Of a stretch of DNA of 64,000 nt, positions 38,321 to 50,100 are shown in pieces. Where the stretch lies: positions 1,488,001 to 1,552,000 of the forward strand of contig MU058444.1 of assembly GCA_013265495.1 (NCBI GenBank). Reading direction: 5' to 3'. The notes beneath the pieces were generated by a model. It was not told the DNA's origin. It worked only from the letters and a program-made list of their open reading frames with translations, and made no database searches. Every line of letters starts with the position of its first letter. Within the stretch, counting starts at the first letter, position 1. The DNA is from Vicugna vicugna (taxonomy: Eukaryota). Made by a program: the position numbers and the translations under genes.

Positions 38321-39699
38321 TTTTTGCAAGAGCCTTTTAATTTAGGAAAAGTGTTGCTACCAGCATCTCAAAACTCATAATAGAAATAGTATCACCTGAT
38401 GGAGCAGTTTCTAAAGACTCAGCGTCAGTCATCAATTAGCTTTACAGAGATCAACCCATCAAAGAACTTACCTCAAAATCTGTTTTCTGATTTTTAAAAA
38501 TGGCCAGGAAACGAGCCATTTAGAAAAGATCATCTCATGGGCATGTTATCCAAATACTTCGTGAGAAAACTTGATCTAAGGATAAAGTGTAAAATAAGCT
38601 ATGCTGGCTTAGACCTTCTATAATACTGATGTTGAGAATATTATCCATCTCTAAATATATCACTTGTAAGACACCATATGAAAACTGTATTCTAAAATTT
38701 GGTACCAGGGGAAAATGCTTCTATAAATTCCATTCATTCATTCAACAAACATTTTATTTATTGCCTTACCATAAGTCAGGCATCTAGGTTGGTGCTGGTG
38801 GTATGTTCGTTAGAAAAAAAGTGTCCCTGCTCTCACGGAAGTAAACGTCTAAGAAGAAGCAAACGTGAAACAACTGACCACAACTATAGAGTGGAAGCTT
38901 AACCAACACTTTCAAATGACAGATAGTAGACATCAGACATAAAACTGGCCAAAGGAGGTTTATGAAAATCAGTTTAAAAATCCCCTAAGTCCTTCACCTC
39001 AAGAGTAGCCAGAGGTCAAAAGTAGAGAAAACTGCTGTTGCGTTGAGTCTCTCCTCCATTTCAGGGGAAGGAGTTGGGGAGGGTGTCTGCTTCTAACATC
39101 AAACTGAATTACAAGGATTTCAGTGCGCTCCCCAGAGAACACGATGTGCACATCCTAGAGGTGGGAGTTGCAGTGGGTCGTGTTTTACTCCCACCCAGAA
39201 AATGTTAAAGGCATAAGCCACTGGTTAATGGCTCCCATGGTGAGCAAAGGAAGGATGGAGGCAGAGCTGAGGTGGGCTCCTATTCCAAGAATACAATAAG
39301 GCCAGAGATATTTGAAGGTTTTCTACAGACCATGCTATAATTTGGGGATTTTATCCTAAAGGTTATGAGGAGCCTCTGAAAAAAATGTTTATATAAGGGT
39401 ATTGTAATTAAACAAGTTTAAGTCATAGTTCCAAGCCATATACTCAGGTAGGCAAAAATTTAGGATCATTTTTCTATAATTCACTTTAATCTCAATTTTT
39501 AATTTGCACTATCATACTGTAGTCAATTCTTTGAAAACACTTTTATTTCTAATTTAAATGCCTTCTACTCAAAATTTTCCTTCTTTCCCCTCCCCTTTCT
39601 CTTTGGATGGTATTTAATTTTATGTAATGATAAGCAGGCATCTGGTCTCCGGCCATCGGTATCTGTCCATTTTATCATCTACTGAAACGGTGAGTCAAG

Positions 39700-40400
39700 C
39701 ACCCCAGGCTCCTGCGTTTCTAACTGCATCAAGTGGATGAATGATCTTACCATTTACCAAGATAAAAAAAAAAAATAGAGGAATAAGAGCAGGTCTGAGG
39801 AGGGATCAGAATGAAAAATGCTGTCTTTGCCGAGCTGGATAGACAATCAAGGGGTTAACTCAAGCAGGCAGATGGGCAGCTGAGGCCTGGCGCTCAGAAG
39901 AAAGAGCTGAGCTGGAGATTGTGATTTGGGATTTGTCAATGCCATGCCTGGGAAAAGAAGATGCTCCATAAACACTGGTCTAAAAAGTGATGGTTAAAAC
40001 CACAGGAATGTGCAAATATAGAATGATAAGCTACAATGGCTAAAAACAGAAGGCTAGGAAACACTAGTATACATGAAACAGGTTAAGGAAGCATCGTTCT
40101 TTAATGAGTCAGATATGTAGGAAAAGAAAAAGAGAAAGTGGTGTCACAGAGCCCAGATAACAGGGCGTGCAAAAGGGTGGAGTAGTCACAATTCTCAAAT
40201 AGTTTAGTGAGGTCAAGTAAGATAAGGAATAGAAATAATCCATCGTTTCAAGCCACAGACTGATCATCAAAGACCTTTATCTACAATTTTTTGGTGGGGT
40301 AGCTTTGGTGGAAACCAGATTTCAAAGTGTGTTGAAAACAAAATCATGGAAAAAATAAATGAAAACAACTATTTTATGAAAAATCTGAAAAGTAAAAGGA
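39700..40400 (-). mobile_element. L2 LINE remnant
   Basis: gagctggagattgtgatttggga, gaggtcaagtaagataaggaatagaaa and ggtggaaaccagatt motifs. Confidence 0.6.
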
Positions 40401-41577
40401 AGGGGAGAGAGAAGTTTGCTACCAAAGAGTAAAAGGAAGTTGGATAGTTGGTTGCATTTAGATTTGTAGAACATGCTTTCGTCACTCAGTCTCAGATCTC
40501 TGGGGATGATATTTTCTTCATTCTCTACATCACCTATATCAAAATCAAAAGTGGTCACTTGCTAAATGCTGAGAATTCTTTCTGGGAAGCAGATTCCACG
40601 TTTACTTATTTCATTTTCCTACCCACCCTCCTCTGAAGCATACAGCCTCCTCAACCTTCCTTCATCACCTTACACAGTTGTACATTATCTTACTGAAGTG
40701 TTGCTTCAGTCACATCGCATACCTTCACAATCTTTCTCTCCCCAGTGCTTTCCTATCACCTAGCAAATAAAGTAAACTCTACTTGTATGTTTACAGAGAA
40801 AAAGCACTCAAAGTTGTTGCTCAGTTCATACAATTAAACATTTTTTACAAGACAGTATCACTTTTCATGCCATTTCCTCTGCCCAGAGATAACATCCTCT
40901 CCACTTTCTCCACTTATCCAAATTCCACTCACCATCTAAGGCTCAGCCCAGACATCATCTCAACAAGGATATTTGCTTTGATCTCCTCGAGTGAAAGAGA
41001 TCCCACTCTCCTGGGAAATCTGGCAGTCTTAAAGCTTGACAGCTCCTATCACATTTTTGACACACCGTGTATGTTAAAGTTATTGGTGTGTTTAACTCTT
41101 CTATTAGATAGCACGCAGCTTGAAGACAGAGATCATGGCTTGTGTATTTCTCAGTCCTCACAGAGCCTTACGGAGTAGATGTTCAATAGCACGAGTAAAT
41201 ATGTGAATCCATTTGTCAGCAATGTGAAAGCAAAAAGAGTGAAGAAAGGCAAGACGCAGAAGAGTGAAATAATAATTTTACTCTCTATTTAGTAACTGCG
41301 ACACTCAAATTCCTCCATTATTTTTGCTATGATTTTGGAATTTCAAAGATCATCCTATGTACAAAGACTTCTTAATGAAGGCTGTGAAAAACAAGTTTAA
41401 AAAAGCAATTAATATACACAAGAATAATGATGTTAATAGAAAAGTCTCTAACATCCATTAAAAACACCATGGAACGGTGCAGCGGGAAGGGATTCTATGC
41501 CTTCTGGCAAGTGCTGGGTTTTTATCCAGAGGGAGTGTAGTAGTGAGTGAGGAGATTAAGGGTGACGGCCCCTTCCT

Positions 41578-41752
41578 TAGAGCACAGGGAACTACACTCA
41601 GTATCTTTAAGGAAAAATAATATGAAAATGAATATATATATGTATGTGCATGGCTGGGACACTGTGCTGTACATCAGAAATTGACACACTGTAACTGACT
41701 GCACTTCAATAAAAATTAATTAATTTATTAATTAAAATTAAATTAAATTAAA
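41578..41752 (+). mobile_element. L1 3'-end fragment (same family as 46625-47173)
   Basis: agcacagggaactacactcagtatc..ctgtgctgtacatcagaaattgacacactgtaactgactgcacttcaataaaaa plus AT-rich tail. Confidence 0.8.
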
Positions 41753-42239
41753 AGATGGCCCTATGGAAAGTTTTGAACTGACATATAATTCCAATTTGAT
41801 TCAGAAGATAACTTGGAGTGTATTTTATGTCCAAGACATTTTGTGTTAACATAGTATGTAATAGAGAGATGGTAAGATGAAGGACCTCCTCCAGAATCTT
41901 GTAGTCTAATAAGAGAGACAGAAAGTTTTAAACAGCAGGAGGCCCCACACCAAACTTAACATGTCCATGGAAGTCACCAGGGATCACAGTCATGGCTCCA
42001 CTGTGGCCCCCAACTGGCTGTCATCTGAGACCAACAGAGACCAGAACCAGACATGCCCCACTGGACAGCTCCCGTGTCTTCAGCTGTGGCTTCTCACCCT
42101 GTGGAGCTGGGGACCCCAGGTCTCAAGGCTACAGTGCAGAGGTGGAGCCGGGCTCTTCCGCCATCTCGCCAGCATTCATGTCATGTCCACCCCTCCCATC
42201 CTGAACTAATGCCCTCTAACTCGGATTTCTGGTCGGTCA

Positions 42240-42520
42240 GAGCTGGACAGTAGAAATAGAATGCAATGCAGTGACCCACATATATAACTTTACATTTTCT
42301 ACTAGCTACACTTTTAAAAGGTACAATGAAACTAGCGGAATTCATTTTAATAATATATTCATTTAACCCAGCATATCCAACATATTAGCATTTCATCATG
42401 TTATCAAAAAATTATTAATGAGGTAAGGTATTTTGCTTTTTTTGTATTGTCCTTGAAATACAGGGTTGAATTTTATGCTTACAGTATGTTTCAACACAGA
42501 ATAACCACATTTCAGCCCCA
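42240..42520 (+). mobile_element. MER33-like hAT-Charlie element
   Basis: tagaaatagaatgc..ccacatatataactttacattttctactagctacac..ttttaataatatattcatttaacccagcatatcca..ccacatttca matches the recalled MER33. Confidence 0.75.
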
Positions 42521-42769
42521 GGTATACAGTCGCCCCCTTACTGCAGAGTCCACCTGGAGGCATCTGATATCCACAGGGAGACTGAGGTAGGAAAAGATAC
42601 TCAGCACAACGCAGTTTTGATGTCTGCCTTGCCCACCCTAGACTACGCCACTTACAGATTCCAGCAGGGCATGCGGTCCTCTGAGCCCTGACAGTGGGAA
42701 TTATCATAGACACTTATCTTTAGGACCAGGACATCCTAAACAAGGCTGGGTATAAACTGTGATGCTGAG

Positions 42770-43400
42770 CATTCCTCTTATCCCTGATTCAAAAAGGAAT
42801 GTGTCTGACACTTCCCCACTAAGCATCATGTTTGCTCTATATTGTCAGTATACACTGCCTTCTATTCTTAATTTGCTAAAGTCTTTTTATTTTAATCAGC
42901 AATGGGTTTTGAATTTTATCAAATGATGTATGTACTCCTATTAAGAAAAGCATCTTGATTTTTTACCCCCTTCCTTCATCTATTAATGTGTCAAAATTAA
43001 TTAATAGACTTTCTAATGTCAAGCCAAACTTGAACTTCTGGAATAGAAGAATTTCAGTTTATATATTTTGGGACATCATCTGAACTCAGTTTGGCAATAT
43101 TTTGCTTAGGATTCTTTTGCATGCATGTTTGGGAGTAGATTGACCTGTAATTAACTTTTCTTTTATTGTCTTTATTTAATATTGATATCAAGATTATTTT
43201 AATATTATAAAATGTGAGGGGGTAGCAAGCCCTGGTTTTCTATTGTCTGGAAATTTCCATATGACTGAAATGATCCATTCACTTAAATGTCTGTAGGATT
43301 CACTTATAAAATTGCCTAGATCTGAAGTTTTCTTTGTGGAAAGATTAACTAATGATTTGATTTTTTTCAAATGTTATAAACTCCTCAGATTTTTTATTTA
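42770..43400 (-). mobile_element. Decayed antisense L1 ORF2 remnant
   Basis: ccttctattcttaatttgcta, gaattttatcaaatg and tttggcaatattttgcttaggattcttttgcat motifs. Confidence 0.6.
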
Positions 43401-45106
43401 AAAAAAAATCAAAAGAAAAGACAAACTCAAATAAATGCTCTAGTAGAGATACAGATGTAACTGCCGCAGAAACACCACGATCAAGGTTGCTAAGCAGAAA
43501 TGGGAAAGAAGAGGCTGCAGCCCTGACTCTGGTTTGAAGGAGAGGGTAGATGTGATGGGCAGGAGCTAAGTCTAGTGGGTTTCCCAGGTGGGGCAGGAGA
43601 GGCATGGAGACCTTACACGGCGTATCACAGGAGCCAAGTCCAACTGACATAATCTATTCACGGGGGAGCAAGTGGTCCAGCCCGGGTGTGCTGCATGGGA
43701 AAATATAGAACAATATGGAAAGCAGGTTGGAAATTTGAATTCAGGGCTTAAGTGTTTAGATCTGATCTTGCTAATGACCCGTAGGATGTCAAAATCATAG
43801 ACCAGCTCTCTGATCTTTGTTCTTCGACAGACTGGAGTTGCCTAGTGGCACCGTGAATCAGCGTGTACTTCATTTTTCTAGACTATTTTTCTCAGATTTT
43901 TCTAAGTAGCAATTCCCTTCTTCTCTTGTGTTCTGAGAAGGCATCCTCTAGCCAGTAGTTAGTTACAGCACATCTTGAGTGGCCTTTGCCTCTTACATTT
44001 TATCTGAAAGGAGAGAGTCAACCCCATGATTTATCGCTTATTTCCTCAGATAAAATAATTATTTTATCTGGGGAAAGTAACAATTTTATCTGGGAAATTA
44101 ACAATAAAATGGAAAAGTGTAAAATTTTAGACGTTGCTTTAAAACTGATTGAACATATATCTAAATTGTCGTTTTTTTAATCGTATATTGACTTCATGTT
44201 ATTTCTCTCCTAGCTGGTTTAACGTTAGAAATTGTCATGAAATATTGTGAGACATAAAGTAAGAATTCCTGGCAGATTCCTGGCCCCAGGAATTTAGCAG
44301 CTTGAAAACTGCTGGGGAAGGGGAGATAACCACAGTTTACTGACTACTGGTCTGTCTAAAGCACTAAGCTAAATGTTTTGCATCTATAACCTTATTCCCT
44401 CCCCACAATAACTCTGTGAGTTTCCTTGGATTAATGATGTAGCTTAAGTTCTGAAATGTACACACATTCAGCAAATAATTTTACATTTTAAAATTGATTT
44501 AAAAATCAATAAATGGCATATCTGTTTCCAAAAAAAATATCTGTTGGCCAAAACAAAATTTAGTAACTTAGACAAGGTCATACTCCTACTACTTAGCAGA
44601 CATGGAATTGAACCCAGGTCTCTGATCCAAGGACTGCAATCCTAGACATGTTTAATGGACGGCAGCATGGTTCATAAAACACAGTATTGACTAAAATAAA
44701 AAGGTGGTTCTTATTTCGTATAATCTAGATTTCTTAGGTATATAAACTACTTAACTCAGCACTGGGCACATATGAAACAATCAGTTGATACTGGTCATTA
44801 TTACCAAGATCATTAATAATATTGATTAATAAGATAAGCCTAGCCAACCTACTAAGCAGTAAAATTTCTATTTTAAAAAATCGAAGTACTGTGTTGGAAT
44901 TCACCAGATGACTATAAATTCTTTGCTCTGCTTTGGAATCAAAGAACTCTGGGGAGAAGGATCTCTGTGAAATGGACAGGGACATTCTGTGTCTGCTGCA
45001 GAGACACAGACACAGTAAGAGCCAAGGCATTCTTTGGAAAAGTTCAGAATATTTGTTTTTCTTTTCCCCAGGCTCAGATTTCCAGAGACCCCAAACATAA
45101 GCAAAA

Positions 45107-45130
45107 GAAGAAGAAGAAGAAGAAGAAGAA
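45107..45130 (+). repeat. (GAA)8 microsatellite
   Basis: Read directly from the sequence. Confidence 0.95.
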
Positions 45131-46104
45131 AAGAGTTGAAAGGTAAGGTTCAGATAAATGTGACTCATTTGTTCAGAGAGAGAGGTTGAATTCCAAAGAG
45201 ATAACAGGACAGCAGCAGTCCTGAGGACCAGGATGGGCAGAGAAGGGGCCCAGGCTGGGTGTGGGTTTTGAAGAGCCACGGAAGCAAGTGTCCATGCTAT
45301 CAGAAACGCCCAATCGAGACTCTGATGGCACAGAGAGCTTATAAACCAAGAAATGACTCAGAATTGATCAGGAAGCCCAGGACAGTACAGGATGACACAG
45401 TCGCATTTTCCACTCGGAAAACGGGTACTGGGGTACTCAACATTTGGCCCAAAGATATCAAGATGGAAGTTTTAAAAGTACACAAACCAAAATAAATGGT
45501 ACTTAAGACAAAAATCCTTGTGTCTTATGAGATGATTTTAAAAAAAAGAGAAAATAAGGCATAAAAGCAAAGCTGTATCTTGGCACTGCTCTCTAAGCGA
45601 CTGTCAGCAGTAGAAGTAAGCAAATGAGAGGCAGAAAATAAATAGAATTAATGAAGAGAGATGATGCCAGGACCTCTGACTTCAATGCCTAATTCAAAAG
45701 GAATGGTGATAAATACCAGCAACGAAAACATTTTACCCAGAAGAAAATTATTACTGCTAAAAGCATTTAGTAGTGAGCAACTATTAAGTAAACAAAATAG
45801 CTACAGAAAACTAATTTTTAAAAGCATTTTATTAAGGAACCCAAGGAAGAGATCTCCTATTTAATCTCTCTCCGGCTGAAATTTGAAATAGAATGTTTCC
45901 CACAGATTTAGAAATAATCCACTCAAAAAGAACTTAATCGTCTTACAAATGTAAGGGACCTATTCATTTTTTTCCTTCTACTTACAAAACACCCAGGCAT
46001 TGGGTTCAATTAGTCTCCAGGGACTAATGGATGTCAATGACCCTGGACACAACCCAAGCCTGCAAAGTCCTGGCCAATATAAGGGAAGCCATTACATTTA
46101 TTCA

Positions 46105-46390
46105 CTTATTTATTTTTAATTGAAGTGTAGTCAGTTTACAATGTTGTGTCAGTTTCTGGTGTACAGCATTAATGGTTCAGTAGTACATATATATACATAC
46201 ACTCCTTTTCATATTCTTTTTCATTATAGGTTACTGCAAGATATTGAATTTAGTCCCCTGTGCTGTACAGTAGAAAATTGTTATTTATCTGTTTTATATA
46301 TAGTAGTCAGTATCTGCAAATCCCAAACTCCCAATTTATTCCTTCCCACACCCTTTCCCTACTGGTAACCATAAATTTGTTTTCTGTCTG
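46105..46390 (-). mobile_element. L1 3' UTR fragment, antisense
   Basis: Reverse complement aligns by eye to 46885-47155 and 56585-56860. Confidence 0.85.
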
Positions 46391-46624
46391 AAACAAATTT
46401 CTATTTCTGAAAATGGGGACATTTAAACTTTTCTCTAGACGCTCTGTTTCTGTTCGGTTTTTTTTTTTTTTTTTTTTTTTGCTTTTGGTGGGGAGGGGGT
46501 GAATTTGGAAGGGAACACTTTCTAGGGGAGGGGCTATACACGTACGTGTTAACTTCATGAAACCAATACCATACTTATCATTGTTGGAGCTCAAATGTAT
46601 CATCAAGAATGTTTCCTAGTTTCA

Positions 46625-47173
46625 AAGCAACCTAAATATCCATTGACAGATGACTGGATAAAGAAATTGTAGTATATTTATACAATGGAATAGTACTCAG
46701 CCAGAAAAAAGAATAAAATAATGCCATTTGCAGCAACATGAATGGACCTAGAGATCATCATTCTAAGTTAAGTAAGCCAGAAAGAGAAAGAAAAATACCA
46801 TAAATCACTCATATGTGGAATCTTAAAAAAAGAAAAAAAGAGGACACGAATGCACTTACCTACAAAACAGAAACAGACTCGAAGCATAGTAAATAATCTT
46901 ATGATTACCAGCGTAAAAGGAGTGGGAAGGGATAAATTTGGGAGTTTCAGATTTGCAGATGTCAGCCACTATATATAAAAATAGATTAAGAAAACAAATT
47001 TCTTCTGTATAGCACAGGGAACTATGTTCAGTATCTTGTGATAACTTTAAATGAAAAAGAATATGAAAACGAATATATGTATATACATGCATGTCTGTAA
47101 CATTGTGCTGTACACCAAAATTGACACATTGTAACTGATTATACTTGAATAAAAAATTTTAAAAAAATTTTTA
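46625..47173 (+). mobile_element. 5'-truncated L1 (ORF2 end plus 3' UTR) with 20-bp TSD
   Basis: aagcaacctaaatatccattgacagatgactggataaagaaattgt..atgccatttgcagcaacatg. TSD aagaatgt(t/c)tcctagtttca at 46605-46624 and 47174-47193. Confidence 0.92.
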
Positions 47174-50100
47174 AAGAATGTCTCCTAGTTTCAGATAGCC
47201 AGGAGGCTATAAAGAGAGATACGATATTATTTCCTGTTTCCTTCCTTAAGGACTTGTCTCTGCCTCCTCTAGGAACTCAAAAGTCATTTTTTCCTTATTA
47301 ACTACACTTTAAAATAATGACACTTATTAATTACACTTCAAAAGTATTTCCTTCATTTGAATTGTTACTAAAATGCACAGACGAAATCCTCCCCAGACCG
47401 AAGAGGAAGGATGGAATTTGTAACCAGTACAATCAAGGAATGTTACCTAGCCATCACCGGTGTTGACATGAATGGGAAGGAAATACATGGTAAGAATGGA
47501 AATGCTACATCGGGCTGTGGGATGGAGAGGGTGATGACTTCAGACATGGTGATGTGTGAGCTGAGTCCTCAAGGAAGACTTTATTCTTTGTTACAGAATG
47601 GTCTTTCTTTCCCTGAAAAGGTCATTGTTTCCAAACTTGTGCTTGAGCCAGAATTGGGACCTGGAGGAGAATCAGGAAATCTACTAAGCCACGAGATAAA
47701 TGAATTGTCACCACAGATTCCACAGGCTAGTTTTGCTGCCTATAAAAACCGATCCATAAGAATTTGAGATGGTAAAGAAGGTAAGGAAAAGAAGTCTGTG
47801 GCACTGACACAAATGTTTAAGACAAGAAAATTCACTTCACGACCCCAAGACCTTTGAGGAGCTAAATGGTAGGGTGTGTTTTGAAGCATCTTAGAGGGAA
47901 AAGAAGTCAGGAAAGTGCGATGGGGCAAAAATGTGGATGGTTTTGTTTTTCATGCAGAAACATTTAGTCGGGCAGGAGTGGGGAGTGGAGACTTTTTAGG
48001 AGAGACTTTGCATAATCAGCTACCAATGTGGAGACGCTGAAATGGGGGGACACTGAGAGGAGGGAGACTCGGTGGAGGCAATAATCCAGGGGAAAAGTTA
48101 GAACTTGAACCAGAAGGAGAGTGGCGAAGAGTGGATGGTTTTTAACTAAATTGCAGAGACAGATGCAAACAACTTTTGAAACGAACAGTTGTTTTTTTTA
48201 ACCTCCCTTTTGGTTGGTGTAGATTTGTGACCAATTTTCCTACTTGTGAAATCAAAACAGCTTAGTCCACAGGATTTACCAAATTTTCATACCAACCATA
48301 AATCCATTCGATGAGTTCCCATCTTGTCATGACAAGTAAGACTTTCAACCTTTAAAAAAACAAGCATACAAGCATACGTTGGGAGTTTTTAAAAAGTCAA
48401 AACTTCAAATTGGCAAACTAATGATTGAAGAATGTGTTAGTCAAAGGTTGCCTTGAAAAGTGGTTTGGGAGGAAGTGGTCATGTTAGAATTTTTATTCAA
48501 CTATCAGATTTAATTAAAACACCCTATTAGATGTCTCAGTCATAAATAGTGACCAGGAGAATCATTACTCACTTGTACAGTGTATTTCTTTAAAATGTAG
48601 AGCCTGCCCAATCTATAAGGGATTTCAAATATTTGATAAATGTAATTATATACAAAGGAAAGAGGCTGATAATTACTACCAAAATACAGGCATCTTTCAT
48701 GCTTTCAACTAAGCATTTAAAATTTAGTACCAAACTTCCTGGAAGCATTAATTTTTTTTTAGCTATTGGAAAAAATTGTCCATCAGCCATTTAATCTGAA
48801 ATTCTTGAAAATTCTATCACCAGCCATTTTAAATCCTCTATAGTCAAAACTGCTTCAAACTGACGTTCAGATGTAGCCAAGTGGATTTTTCAGCCAGAGC
48901 CTCAAGCAGCATGTAAGCCATCACCTTCCCCAGCCAACCAGTAGCTTAAACCAGCTTCTCTGAAGTGCCTATGAACGGTATCATCATTTTTCCAAACCTC
49001 AGCAATCCATATGCATTGTCAAAATATAAAGCAATAGAGAAAAATACACTGACATAAGGCTTGCTAAAAACACATTTTCAAATATGCTCTACACAGCATG
49101 CATATTATTTTGTTAACGGTACAATAGTTTACATACTAGCCTGTGACCTACATTATTACTTAGATTGTGAATTTTTGATGTTCAAATATTTGGATTTATA
49201 CCTTCATTTTTGGTGACACTCTTCTATTTTGCTGAATAAACTATCGATTTGTCCTAACTTGCTACCTCAGAAACAAAGCTGCAGTAAAAATCTTTGCTCA
49301 TACACTCTAACAGGCTTGTCTGAATAGTCCCTTAATTATTACCAAAAATGGAATTGCTGGGAAAAGAAGCATGATTGTACTTTTGTTTTTATCATTTCTA
49401 GTATAAATTACCGAATACCCCACTTAGAGATTTGGCTGATTTATATTTCCACCAACAATGAATGAAAGTTCCTCTTTATAAGACTGTGGGTCTTTGACCA
49501 ATGGCATCTTTACTCCTCTTGTTCTTACTTATGTTGATGTTAATTACTGCAAATAATATATTCTTTCCCTGAATCACTGTATCCTTTCTTACAACCGCCA
49601 TTATGGTACCCGACTGCCTCACCTCTCACCGGGATGATTGCACAACATTCTAACTGACCCCCCAACCTCCAGCAATCTACCCAAATCATTTTAAACACAC
49701 ACTCTCTCTCTCGCTCTTTTCTTTTTAGTATCAGAAATCTAAACATCTTATTCTCACATTTAAACTTCTCAGTGTCTCCTTTTGCTTAGCAAATTAAGTA
49801 CAAACTCCAATGTATGACACCATTCATAAGAAATGAATTTAAGATAACCTAAGATTGTTGACACATAGACACTTGGCAGGAAAAAGAAAATCAATTTCTT
49901 ACTAGCAAAGGATAACCTCAACCCAGATCTCATTCACCTTGCGCCCCAGCCCTTACCCATCCAAACACAGACACATGAAGAAAGCATGGGAGTGAATCAG
50001 CACAGAGGTTTAAAAAAAAAAAAGCAGATTTGAACTCACAACACCTTAATATCAAAGTCTTGAATACAAAATACTGACATTTTTAAATGTTTAATGAAAT

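Noticed and set aside
44734..45279. 181-aa minus-strand ORF with a poly-Ser run
   Set aside because: The poly-Ser comes from the (GAA)8 microsatellite. No recognisable domain and no supporting gene structure.
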